Source of the DNA: Ignavibacteria bacterium
GTDB lineage: Bacteria; Bacteroidota; Ignavibacteria; OLB7
NCBI GenBank assembly: GCA_020635205.1
Contig: JACKAE010000005.1
Coordinates: 258,361 to 322,360, forward strand
Length of the DNA stretch: 64,000 bases
Direction of reading: 5' to 3'
Both the position numbers and the translations under genes were made by a program. Positions 20,087 to 29,984 of the stretch are shown here, in pieces (positions within the stretch are counted from its first letter, which is position 1; the number at the start of each line of letters is the position of its first letter). The notes beneath the pieces are model-generated. The model ran no database searches, was not told the DNA's origin, and saw nothing but the letters and a program-made list of their open reading frames with translations.

Positions 20087-21157
20087 CTACAATTCTATGT
20101 AGAGTGGGATTTGAAGCGTTAAACTCTTTGGGAGTGAGACTATAACAGAGGTTATTAGCGAAGTCCCAGGAGCAAATATTCCGTTAGAGCGTGAAACTGT
20201 CCATCGAATGCGATAGAAGTATGCTCTCCCTCGTAAGATGTTTCCAAGACTTCCGTAAAATGAGATAAGCTGTTGGGCATCACTGGTTTGCATGAACGCA
20301 CCACTAGTTTGGTGAGCTATCATCCCAAGTAATGTCCTATCTGTCCCGTCTCCGAGTCCGACAGTGAAAATTTTCACTCCCAAGAGATTCGCATGGTCAA
20401 TAACATCGTCAGGATTCAAATGTCCTTCTGTATCCTGACCGTCAGTAAAAAGGATCAATGCCTTATTGGGGGTCGGTGCACTGTCGGCAAGAAAAGATGT
20501 CATTGAGTACGCAGAGAGATAAAGGGGCGTGCCTCCACCAATCAAGTTTTTGAGCGATTGTGCTGCTTCGTAGAAACTAGAACCATCACTTGTAAAACTT
20601 CCCCAGTATGTAACCGGTTCGTGCTTTAGCCTTCCCCCCTGCGAGAATGCCGATAGAAGCACATAGTCCGTACTATCAACTGCTCCCAAGAACGTTGTTG
20701 CCGCATCAATACGGGCATTCCGAGGGTCTGTGCTGAGTATGCTTCCGCTTTGATCCAGAAGCAAAACAGCTGAATATGGTTGCTCTTCCTGCATGTAGTT
20801 GGTTGAAAACTCAGACTGGGCAAATCTCAAAAAGACGGAGTCGCGTGAAGTGACTCCATTCAAAATGTCGTGGCTCCACTTGCTCAGGATGTTAAAGTCT
20901 TTGGATTTTCGGGATGTAATAGAGTGGCTGCTTCCATCAAACAGAACGATGTCGGCTTCGAACTCTACAGTTGAACCTGTGTTCTTTACAACTGTTGTCT
21001 TGAGTACTGCTCCACTCGGAGGGTTGGTTGTGTAATCTTCAGCAGGTGCAACAGGAGACTCTTTAGAACATGCTCCAAGAAAGAGTGAAAGAACAATGGT
21101 GAAGTGCAATGTGTAGTGTCTTTTCATAGTTGTCATTCTTGTTATAGTAATTATCAT
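20087..21157 (-). CDS. VWA-domain lipoprotein
   Basis: 356 aa with lipobox LGAC and a von Willebrand A MIDAS motif (LLLDQSGSI ... TPLY ... LFTDGQDT). Confidence 0.7.
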   Translation of the reverse strand: MIITITRMTTMKRHYTLHFTIVLSLFLGACSKESPVAPAEDYTTNPPSGAVLKTTVVKNTGSTVEFEADIVLFDGSSHSITSRKSKDFNILSKWSHDILNGVTSRDSVFLRFAQSEFSTNYMQEEQPYSAVLLLDQSGSILSTDPRNARIDAATTFLGAVDSTDYVLLSAFSQGGRLKHEPVTYWGSFTSDGSSFYEAAQSLKNLIGGGTPLYLSAYSMTSFLADSAPTPNKALILFTDGQDTEGHLNPDDVIDHANLLGVKIFTVGLGDGTDRTLLGMIAHQTSGAFMQTSDAQQLISFYGSLGNILRGRAYFYRIRWTVSRSNGIFAPGTSLITSVIVSLPKSLTLQIPLYIEL

Positions 21158-21497
21158 TGAAGTATTGCTGCTACAACGAAGTTCTACCTTGACATTATCT
21201 TTGGCATAGAATTGATTAATCGATGAGATGTCTTACGATAAAAGTAGTGTCCCATCGATAGGCTGTCACTACTACATATCTACTACGAGTTCATCTTGCC
21301 TCGTTATTCTTGTATGGAAATAATCTCAAGAGAGATATGAAGGAGATTATGGGGATCATTTTTTTCTCTTCCTTCTATCTATTCTCCAATCAGCCGTATA
21401 TTCTTCAGTAAATCAGATGCTACCGAATACTATCACAGGCTCTCATGATTCGTTCTGATGAACTCTCACTCTTCTCCGAATCTTGGATTGAATTGAT

Positions 21498-22722
21498 TTG
21501 GTGGAATGCCTTCGCTATAAGGCTGAGCGTGACAGCGAGCTCCTCGCTGCTCTACAACGTTGGGACGAACGACGATTTCTGAAAGAAACCTCCGATGAGG
21601 TTGGCTTTATCGATCACTTCTTTAAACGACTTTGGAACTATCGAGCAAATGGCGAAGTGGAAAACGGGCAGCCCTTCTCCTTGTGGCCGAAGTTCCCCGT
21701 GATCGGTGCGGGAGAACGTGGTGGAACCGGACAGGCCGACCTCGCTCTCGGATATTTTGGTAGTGTGCCCGGAGGAACAGAAATACCTCAGGTACTCTGC
21801 GAGTTGAAGGATATTCGCTCTGGCCTCGATGCTCCCCAACATTGATAAGCAGGAAGTCCCGAAGCTTCTGATACCACGTTTGATTCAACGATTGTTTTGC
21901 ACTATCGATAGTGAAGGGGAATTCTATCTCGACAATGTGGATGTTGGAGGAATACTGCCGACTTCCGTGAGCGAACTTGCATATCTGGCCGGTATCTTGA
22001 ATTCACCTGTTCCGAACTTTGTCTGGAGATATATTTCCAAGCCATTCCAAAACGACTACCGTTCAGCCAACAAACAATTCATCGCTCCACTCCCCATTCC
22101 CGAGGCAACACCAAAGCAGATAACTGAAGTGGGAGATCGGGCAAAAGAGTTGCAGCAGCTTCACACAAGGTACAACGAGCACCTTCAAGAAGCAGCCAAT
22201 GCAAGCCTGACAAGCGAAACGAGTCGTGGATTTGGGCCGACCTCAGAAGAGATGCAAATGCTTGGAAAGGGGAGGCTCCAGAAGAACTCACGGCACGAGA
22301 AAAAACAGCCTGGGCCAAGCAACATCGTGAAGCACTTCTGGAATCGCACTACGCCAAAATCGACCCACGGCTCCGTCCGGGGGCAACCCTCACTGCTGAA
22401 TTCTCTCGTGGAGAACTTCAACTCTACGCCGACGGCATACCGGTAATCACCGGAATCTACCTCGATGCCGAAGAGGGAAAGTGGGTCAATGGCAACAGAT
22501 TGCTCGCCGCACAAACGTGACAGAAAAGTTCACAGCCAAGAAACTTCTTTCCTCTCTCCTCGCACTACCGAAAACACCGCACTAAAAGCTCAAATCGAGC
22601 ACTTACACACCAACATCGAACAACTGAAAGCAGAAATCGAAGAGAAAGAGAATCTCCTGAACGAGGTAATCTACCAACTATATGACTTGGATGAGGAGGA
22701 GAGGAGTGTAGTAGATGTGTAG
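21498..22722 (+). pseudogene. remnant of a type IIG (MmeI/Eco57I-like) restriction-modification enzyme: N-terminal PD-(D/E)xK nuclease fragment + C-terminal TRD/tail, methyltransferase core deleted
   Basis: Three successive ORFs in different frames (21498..21845, 21829..22446, 22465..22722). The first has D...ELK (ADLALGYF...VLCELKD) like the MmeI-family N-terminal nuclease. The second has LAYLAGILNSPVPNFVWRYISKP (TaqI_C/Eco57I C-terminal specificity-domain motif). The third ends ...LNEVIYQLYDLDEEERSVVDV, the hallmark C-terminal tail of Eco57I/PglX-type enzymes. Total length is about 1.2 kb versus about 2.8-3 kb for intact enzymes. Confidence 0.5.
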
Positions 22723-23003
22723 TAGGTAATAGGGAGTCGAATGTGGGTACTATTGTGGCTATGAGAATCGCACTTCACAATGTACTTGGTTATTGAAGCC
22801 AGTAAGTCGAGTGTGAAGGCACTCAGGAACAAGAACGCAATTGTTGTCAAATAATTAACAAGAGAGTGCGAGCAGCAAGTTCTTCTTTCCACAATCTAAT
22901 TCCCCAAGACGATAGTTGTTCGGAGTTGTTCCCTTGCTGAAGAATACAAGTAGAATGTATGCACTCAAAATGCTAATAGAAATTAAAATTCATTAGAGGT
23001 GAC

Positions 23004-24140
23004 ATGCCTATTCGAGGAAATCCTTTGATCTATAAGGGACAAGGAAAAGATTGGGGGCACTTAGATGCGAGTGAAATGCCAATTGACGTAAGCTCAGTTA
23101 ATATTAGTGCGTTCCCTACTCGTGCATACTTTTGGCCTGAATCAAATGAATATGCATTGACTGTTACTGAGGTTGACACCGACAATCGTTTAGATATTCA
23201 AAATTTACGATCAAGTATCCCACTTGATCTACATGTCATTATCCCATCAGAATCCTTTAAGTGCAAGGCCTGTGTGGATATATTAGCAACACAGAAAATA
23301 TTCGACTCTTTAGGGTGGGGAATCAGGTTGAGGAATGTGAATTTTGAGTATAATCCTGGCTTATGCAATACCCTTTGCGATTCCAGTGATTCGCGTTTGA
23401 AAGAAATTTCAAGACCCAATAGTAATACACTTAATGTCTTCTACTGCTCTAATGTTAAGGTAAACATCCGTGAAAAAGGTGAAAAACAAAGCTCTGCATA
23501 CGGCAATGCAGGGCAAGGCTTTGTTATGTTGGGATTTGCATCTTCCCCTCACCTTATGGCCCATGAGCTTTTACACACAATGGGCATGAAAGATATCACT
23601 GATGAGAACCTCTCTCATTATTTTTTGTCGCAGTTCTCGTTAAGCCGAACAACTATTACTGGTGGGCAAATAGCCTGTTCTCATTATTATCGATATTCGA
23701 TTGTAGCTAATGGATCGTGTGAATGTGACTTCCCAGGTTCTATCGATCCTTGTTTGCCGTCAGCAGTATCTATGCCTGAACGCTCTCTAACTACGGGAAG
23801 GGCTGAATTCTTGAGTTCTACTGATCAACTTCTTACTCTCGATTGTTCATACACTCCAATAGATACTACCTTTGCGAGTTGGGTTGATGAAGAGCAGGCT
23901 GATCGTCTCATCGGAATTTTAAGTGAAGCTTCAGAACGTGAAATGATAGAAGAACAAGATTTTATAGAGTCTTGGGTTTCTTTTATTAGAGATGCATACA
24001 ACGATTTATGGGACAACCTTTTTCCAAGAACCAACGGGGAAAATTGCCGATTGTATATACAAGAATCACTATATCGTGTTTTATGTAGAGGGCTAATAAT
24101 CTTAGTGGAAAGTAATAGAGAATTCTTCACTTCTGAATAA
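23004..24140 (+). CDS. hypothetical protein with HExxH zinc-metallopeptidase-like motif, AT-rich (foreign)
   Basis: 378 aa with HELLH in the context GFASSPHLMAHELLHTMGM, and several Cys. GC is clearly lower than surrounding genes. No signal peptide seen. Confidence 0.5.
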   Translation: MPIRGNPLIYKGQGKDWGHLDASEMPIDVSSVNISAFPTRAYFWPESNEYALTVTEVDTDNRLDIQNLRSSIPLDLHVIIPSESFKCKACVDILATQKIFDSLGWGIRLRNVNFEYNPGLCNTLCDSSDSRLKEISRPNSNTLNVFYCSNVKVNIREKGEKQSSAYGNAGQGFVMLGFASSPHLMAHELLHTMGMKDITDENLSHYFLSQFSLSRTTITGGQIACSHYYRYSIVANGSCECDFPGSIDPCLPSAVSMPERSLTTGRAEFLSSTDQLLTLDCSYTPIDTTFASWVDEEQADRLIGILSEASEREMIEEQDFIESWVSFIRDAYNDLWDNLFPRTNGENCRLYIQESLYRVLCRGLIILVESNREFFTSE

Positions 24141-24152
24141 AACAATAGAAAT

Positions 24153-24593
24153 ATGCCTGAAGTTGTATTTGATGCGGGAACGCATAGTCTGAAACTTGAA
24201 ATTCCCAGTGATTTATGGGGGTATATCTATATCCGATTTATAGATGTCAATCGGGTAAGAAGTATCAAGTTGTATGCTGTCTCGTCAGTTGGAGTTCAAT
24301 CACTTATACACGAGTGGATATCATGTGACTATCCTTATTTGAGTGATACAACACACTTGGTTTATAAGGAATTGCCTCCGGCGTATGATGGCTCATATTA
24401 TCGTATTGTACCAGAATACCATCCAACGTCTATCTGTTCTGCCCCATCTCCTACTAATACGCTATATGCTGCCCCAAGCAATTCAGTAATATTCCCAGCA
24501 TCCGATTATTATCATTCGGCATGGGATTTTGATTTTGATGGCACAAAAACACAAATTATTATTGTTATGGAGAAAGATCGTGGTGGTGGCTAA
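24153..24593 (+). CDS. hypothetical protein (AT-rich cassette partner)
   Basis: 146 aa, 12 nt downstream of the previous gene. Same low GC. No recognisable motif. Confidence 0.4.
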   Translation: MPEVVFDAGTHSLKLEIPSDLWGYIYIRFIDVNRVRSIKLYAVSSVGVQSLIHEWISCDYPYLSDTTHLVYKELPPAYDGSYYRIVPEYHPTSICSAPSPTNTLYAAPSNSVIFPASDYYHSAWDFDFDGTKTQIIIVMEKDRGGG

Positions 24594-24632
24594 TATTAAT
24601 TTCTGCCAATAACTGGCAGAATTTCTTCATAG

Positions 24633-27600
24633 TCAGTTTGTATGATATAGGTCTAATTGGACTTTGTTTAGTCCATCAATAAATGCTTGAGCGCTCGGAT
24701 GGTCTTTGCCATGCAGATCGATGAATTGTGGCAGATACGTCTCATATATTTTCAAAGCCTCTTCTCGTCGAGAATTGATTCTGCGTAAGGCTGCTGCAAT
24801 GTTAAGCTGACTGGCTATAACACGTGAATGTCCATCAGGGAGATGTTTAATTCGTATTGTCAGCGCACGTTTGTAGGCTTTAAGAGATATTGCGGGTTCC
24901 AAATCGAGTAATAGACCTCCCAAGTTTGTCAACTTTACTGCTATGGAAAGGTGATCCGTCCCAAGCTGTATTTCATCAATTTCGATGGCTTTACGTAATA
25001 CTTGCTCGGCCTCTTCAACGAGGCCGAGCAAATCTAACGGCAGACTGAGATTGGTGAGAACCAGTCCTGTATTCGGATGGTTCTCACCATATATCCCTTC
25101 ATATATCTTTAAGACCTGACGAAAGATAGTTGTAGCCTCTTCATACTTCTCGGCTTGCGTCAACAACGTTGCCATATTATTCATGCACGTAGCAACGCCA
25201 ATATCTACCTTTGTCACAGCATTCCGTTTTAACACTTCCAGCTCATATCGGAAACACTCTTCGGCCTCACTGTATCGTATTTGCCCATAGTAAACCGCTC
25301 CAAGCATTCCCATCGTCGAAGCTGTGTCCCGATGTCCTTTTCCTTGTAGGTGCTCACGTAGTTTCAATGCTCGCTTCAATACTTTTTCTGCTTCTTTGAA
25401 CTCTTTGACTTGGTAGCAGAAAGAGCCAAATTCTTCTAAAGATTGGGCATAATCCAACGAGTTCTTTCCACACGCTTTTCCCGTGAGTTCGACACTTTGC
25501 TTTAACGCTTTTTCTGCGTCACGATAGTTTCCTGCTTCAGTGAGTGATGTTCCGAGAAGTCCAAAGAGTTGAGCCAACGTTCGCTTTTCATTCGGGAGCT
25601 TTTCAGTGATTGTTGTCGCTTGAGCTGCAAACTTTGTAGCGTTAGAGTATTCGCCTGCTACTCTTAAGAACTGCGCTGCTTCTGATAAATGCAGTGCTCG
25701 TTCTTTTCCTTTAAGGTTACGAGGTATCAGGGCTTTTGGGAGATCGCTTCCGCTCGGTAGACTTCCTGCTTCTTTTGCTGTGCGCCAGAATCCTAAGAGA
25801 GTGAAGCGATTCTCTTCAGTGTTAAGTATAGAGAAGAGATTGGTGAGGGCGGAGGAGAGCTCTTCCATTGCACTTACTGCACTCCACCCCGAGAGTTCTT
25901 CCATTGCTCGCCGGAGTGTCGGAGGCTGTGTTGAAAACCATTCTGCAACAGTTCGGTGTGTACTCCGTTTCCCCCTCGCCGACTTCAAATACCGTCTCTC
26001 AACGGCTCCCCTCAAATAGTCGTGGTGGAAGCGGTGAAGTCCTTCTTGTCGGATCATGTGGAAATCAAATGCTGCCAAGAGTTTGGAGAGTTGAGGTGTT
26101 GGTTTGCCAATAATTCCGTGAAGTTCTTCTAAGCTCAACCCATTCCGCGATGCCCAAATCAGACTCATCACTTGGCGTGTCAGCCCTTTCCCAAAGTCAA
26201 CTTCCATCCGCTCGAGAATGCGTTGGTAGAGTTCTTCTAAACTCTCGGCGGCTAAGTAGTGGTTGATTCTATCGTCCAGCTTCTCATGCTGACCGAAGAT
26301 GCGCAGTTCTTCGAGACTTGTTCGGAGATAGAGGGGGTTTGTAGTGTTGCTATTGGAGGCAATGCGTGCAGTTTGCTTCGGTTCAAGCTGTTTGCCGAAG
26401 CGATCAAAGTAAGCGCGGACAGCCTGCTGTCTGGCTCTCGTTCCTAACAAGTGAACGTTTACAGTTGGCCACTTTCGGGCGGTACAGGCCTCCAGCAGAG
26501 AACCGGGGAGCGTGGAGAGAATAATTCTCACATTTGGGTGGAAGTCGAGCGGGAGCCAGTCCAGGTGATCTGTCCCAGCAAGTTGGTTGAGTGCGTCGAT
26601 GAGAATCACAAGGCGATCTTCCCCAAGGCGTGCAAGCCAAGCTGGAAATTCGTTGACGATGTCGGCTGGCTCAAGTGGTGGAGTCTCTTCGATGTCGTAC
26701 CGTTCCTTAATCTCCACCATCACTCGCCTAAGCAATCCGAACTGGTCGCTACTTCCGGGGGTTGCGCCGATATAGTGCTCAATGACGAATGTGTTGGGGT
26801 TTGCCTCGCAATAGCGTTTGCTCCACCAAGAGAGGAGAGAACTTTTTCCCGATCCCGATTCACCTGTAACGACAATCGGATAAACCCGCGAGTTCTCCCC
26901 CTTCTTTGATGAAGTTGTTGCTGTGGCAACGTATTCATCTAATTTCCGCAGAGTCGGCTCGTGCTCGATATATGCTCGCCTCCTTGATTCCGCAAAGGCG
27001 TTGTGTCCCCTGCGCTCCGCTTCAAGCCACGAATCGTGACTTCCACGTTCGGGAGTAATCGAGTCGAGGATTGATAGTAAATCTTTGCGTACCAGCTCCC
27101 CAAGCTGTTTCGGAGTTCGATAGCCTTCGCGATAGGGAAAATGGCTTTCTTGAACGCGCTCTCGAAATTGTTGTAGTCTTCTTCGTTCGCGTTCGTTCTC
27201 TTCAGAACCATTTGCTTTCTGTCCACCTGACTTCCGTTTGAAGTAGAAGAAGACGTGATCTCGCAATTCTGGATCGTTCATTGGAGCTACCAGACTCTCG
27301 AGTTCCGTCAGACTTCGTTGTTGTTGGATTGCCTCGGAGAGCCAGGGATATCGATCGTCGACATCTGTGATTGCCTTCAGGTCACGTTCATCCGGGCACC
27401 ATCCATAGCGGTCACCGATCAGCGAGATAATGTAGGGTTTGTGCCTCTTGATCTCATCCAAACAAAGTTCAACGATCTTATGTCTGCGCGCCTGCCGTTC
27501 CGTAATTCCCCAACGCAGGTCAACTTCAGTGAAGACTACGCCACGCTCGCGACAGATGCGGCGAATCTCTGGAAACACTTTCTTCACCAAATACTCCCGC

Positions 27601-27665
27601 TCCTCACCCATATCGGTAAATGTGCTGGAGAGGAAGATGCGCAAGTCAGTAGCGGAAGAGTTCAT
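24633..27665 (-). CDS. DUF4062-NACHT/STAND P-loop NTPase-TPR protein (NLR-like, candidate antiviral STAND ATPase)
   Basis: 1010 aa. The N-terminus LRIFLSSTFTDMGEEREYLVKKVFPEI matches DUF4062 (IFISSTFxDMxxERD). Walker A is VVTGESGSGKSSLLS and Walker B-like is LVILIDALNQ. The C-terminal ~400 aa is a run of TPR_10/12-type repeats (e.g. ...NMATLLTQAEKYEEATTIFRQVLKIYEG...). Confidence 0.8.
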   Translation of the reverse strand: MNSSATDLRIFLSSTFTDMGEEREYLVKKVFPEIRRICRERGVVFTEVDLRWGITERQARRHKIVELCLDEIKRHKPYIISLIGDRYGWCPDERDLKAITDVDDRYPWLSEAIQQQRSLTELESLVAPMNDPELRDHVFFYFKRKSGGQKANGSEENERERRRLQQFRERVQESHFPYREGYRTPKQLGELVRKDLLSILDSITPERGSHDSWLEAERRGHNAFAESRRRAYIEHEPTLRKLDEYVATATTSSKKGENSRVYPIVVTGESGSGKSSLLSWWSKRYCEANPNTFVIEHYIGATPGSSDQFGLLRRVMVEIKERYDIEETPPLEPADIVNEFPAWLARLGEDRLVILIDALNQLAGTDHLDWLPLDFHPNVRIILSTLPGSLLEACTARKWPTVNVHLLGTRARQQAVRAYFDRFGKQLEPKQTARIASNSNTTNPLYLRTSLEELRIFGQHEKLDDRINHYLAAESLEELYQRILERMEVDFGKGLTRQVMSLIWASRNGLSLEELHGIIGKPTPQLSKLLAAFDFHMIRQEGLHRFHHDYLRGAVERRYLKSARGKRSTHRTVAEWFSTQPPTLRRAMEELSGWSAVSAMEELSSALTNLFSILNTEENRFTLLGFWRTAKEAGSLPSGSDLPKALIPRNLKGKERALHLSEAAQFLRVAGEYSNATKFAAQATTITEKLPNEKRTLAQLFGLLGTSLTEAGNYRDAEKALKQSVELTGKACGKNSLDYAQSLEEFGSFCYQVKEFKEAEKVLKRALKLREHLQGKGHRDTASTMGMLGAVYYGQIRYSEAEECFRYELEVLKRNAVTKVDIGVATCMNNMATLLTQAEKYEEATTIFRQVLKIYEGIYGENHPNTGLVLTNLSLPLDLLGLVEEAEQVLRKAIEIDEIQLGTDHLSIAVKLTNLGGLLLDLEPAISLKAYKRALTIRIKHLPDGHSRVIASQLNIAAALRRINSRREEALKIYETYLPQFIDLHGKDHPSAQAFIDGLNKVQLDLYHTN

Positions 27666-27722
27666 AGAGTTGAGAGTTGGTAGAGTTTATAGAGTATGTG
27701 AGTGTATAAGATCTATGACTGA
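27656..27722 (+). repeat. heptamer-based dispersed repeat copy between STAND gene start and TPR-LuxR gene end
   Basis: TTCATAGAGTTGAGAGTTGGTAGAGTTTATAGAGTATGTGAGTGTATAAG. Confidence 0.7.
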
Positions 27723-27755
27723 AGGCTCATTTCTCATAGCTGAAAGCTCTCCCCC

Positions 27756-29486
27756 CTACAACCCCTGCAAAAATGTTCCTAACTCTACTTTCGAGTCGAT
27801 TTCAATCTTGCCTCGGATTCTGTAGCGTGTGGTTTCTACTGTTCGGGTGGTGACGTGGAGAAGTTCAGCAATCTCACCGGTGGAAAGTCCCGTGACAGCC
27901 AGCGCACAAAACTGCAAGTCTTTCTGTGTTAGGAGTGGCCAGCGGCGGGCGATGCGGTGGAGTAGTTCGGGGTTCGTTCGCTCGAATTGTTGTTGGAAAC
28001 TTTGCCAGTTCATGTTGTTAGAGAAGCTTCTCTTAATCTCCTGTATCATCTCTTCAGCCAACGGTTTTACGTCGTCTCGCGCTTCGGTTTTTATCTTCTC
28101 AAGTTTTTCTACCAGCGTCTCGATGAACTTCTGTTTCTCTATAAGTTGGAGCGAGAGGGCGTTCAGTTCTGCTTTGTCTGTCCGTATCTCTGCCTCCAAT
28201 CGCTCTGCCTTCAGTTGTAGTATCTCTCGTTCGTTCTCCGAACGCTCAAGGTCAAACCGTGTCTGGGTTTCGGCAGCTATCTTCCGCTGCTCCCGCATAT
28301 CTATTTCACGCTGCAATTCAATGTAGCGGCGCAGGTGATGAATACCCTTCGTCGAATCTCCAATCTGCTCTAATGTCTCAGCCAACAGTTCGTGGCAGCG
28401 GCAGAGAATGTTTGTCTCTTCAATCTCTTCTGCTAATAGCAATGTCTGCTCGAGTACGTAGCGTGCGTCGTTCAACTTGCCTGCTCGTGCGTAGAGTGAG
28501 CCGAGGCCGACCAGGGCAATTGCCTGGCCTCGTTGGTCGTTAAGATCTTCGAAAATGTCGAGTGCCTTCACTCGATAGTCGGCGGCACTTTGCAAGTCGC
28601 CACTCCCTTCGGAAATATTCGAGAGGTTTAAGAGGGTGGTGGCAATTCCTTTCTGGTCGTGTAGTGCGTCGTAGATTGCTAAGGCTCGGAGTCCACAGTG
28701 GAGTGCACTCTCAACCTGACCTATCGCTGTGTAGATGTTCGTCAGGTTCACCAACGTCATCACTTCCAGTGCGTGAGAACGTGAGTCGTGGAATTGGGTC
28801 AGCGCCGACTGCAAGTGTTCGAGTGCTCTCTTCGTCTCTCCAAGCTCTGCGTATGCAATTCCAATATCGCTCAGGGCGCGTCCCCTCTCTTCAGAGGGAG
28901 CACTCTTTTCGGCAATGCGGAGTAAGTCCAAGAAGAGGGGGAGTGCGCGGGCATGATCTCCGATCGTCGTGTAGAACTCCCCCAACTCCTTCAGAGCACT
29001 CTTCTGTTCCTCACGATTCTCCTCTTTTTTGGAGAGGTCAATTGCTTCCTTATAGAACTCTGTCGTCTCCGCAAAGCGTTTTAGTTCTCTGGAGGCACGT
29101 GCAGATTTTAGGTTAAGCCGAATGCGCTCTTCAGTTGCATCGACATCTTTAAAGATGCGGAGTGCTTTCCCCCACGACTTTAGTGCCTGCTTCCAATTAT
29201 TTCCCCGGGCGTGACAATCTCCCTCAAGTTCAAATCCTTCACCGATTGAAACTGAGCGATTTAAATCTTCAGCAAGAGTAATCATCTCTTGCAGCCAGTT
29301 GAAATGTTCCTCCGTAGGGGGAACGTGATGTTCTGAGAGAGTGCGCCCCAGCGACTGGAGTATCGACAGGCGGTCAGGAAGACTCGTCGTTGTGTCGAGA
29401 CGTTTGGCCAGAGAACGAAGCGTTGTCGAGTAAGTACTCATCAACCACACCTGATAAGTAAGTAGTACTGCGGGATATTCAAGCAA
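27756..29486 (-). CDS. TPR-repeat / coiled-coil / LuxR(GerE)-type HTH transcriptional regulator
   Basis: 576 aa with N-terminal TPR repeats, a central coiled coil (ERLEAEIRTDKAELNALSLQLIEKQKFIETLVEKLE) and a C-terminal LuxR HTH (LTQKDLQFCALAVTGLSTGEIAELLHVTTRTVETTRYRIRGKI). Confidence 0.8.
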   Translation of the reverse strand: MLEYPAVLLTYQVWLMSTYSTTLRSLAKRLDTTTSLPDRLSILQSLGRTLSEHHVPPTEEHFNWLQEMITLAEDLNRSVSIGEGFELEGDCHARGNNWKQALKSWGKALRIFKDVDATEERIRLNLKSARASRELKRFAETTEFYKEAIDLSKKEENREEQKSALKELGEFYTTIGDHARALPLFLDLLRIAEKSAPSEERGRALSDIGIAYAELGETKRALEHLQSALTQFHDSRSHALEVMTLVNLTNIYTAIGQVESALHCGLRALAIYDALHDQKGIATTLLNLSNISEGSGDLQSAADYRVKALDIFEDLNDQRGQAIALVGLGSLYARAGKLNDARYVLEQTLLLAEEIEETNILCRCHELLAETLEQIGDSTKGIHHLRRYIELQREIDMREQRKIAAETQTRFDLERSENEREILQLKAERLEAEIRTDKAELNALSLQLIEKQKFIETLVEKLEKIKTEARDDVKPLAEEMIQEIKRSFSNNMNWQSFQQQFERTNPELLHRIARRWPLLTQKDLQFCALAVTGLSTGEIAELLHVTTRTVETTRYRIRGKIEIDSKVELGTFLQGL

Positions 29487-29984
29487 TTCTTTCGGGGATG
29501 TAAATCAGTCAGGGAGGGAAGAAGTATTGAAGGGAATCTTCTTCTCCCGTTGTACCTCCGATGGTTTTCGATTTTTCGACTGATTCCGGCTGCAAAGATA
29601 TGCTCTTTGTAATTGTTAGCGCAAGGTCTCTGCTGTTTGAGGCCGGAAAGTATTTACTCTCAGTTGGGTGGTCCGTTCTCGCCCCGCGAAGTAGAGCCGG
29701 ATCACTATAGCTATATCGGGAAGACTCTTCATCGTCTTGAGAGGAAACTCCTCGCAGCGGGTGGAACATACGATCGATCATATCCATCTGCTCGTAAGCC
29801 TTCACCTGTCTACGTATACATTCGCGTGGAGATAGTAGGTGGCGTATCTCCCTGGACTGGCTTCCGGGAGTATGGGGTATCATCCACTTTCGGCAGATTT
29901 CTTGAGGGAGAATGTTGTATCGGGGTGTGGTGTCTTATCTTCCTATCTCTGATAGCTTTAAACAGTATGATGGAGGCAAGTTTT

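Noticed and set aside
29613-29984. Long N-terminal extension of the lipoprotein ORF (start 29613)
   Set aside because: The upstream part lacks a signal peptide and overlaps the TPR-LuxR gene region antisense. The MNRLL...GC lipobox start at 29985 is far more plausible.
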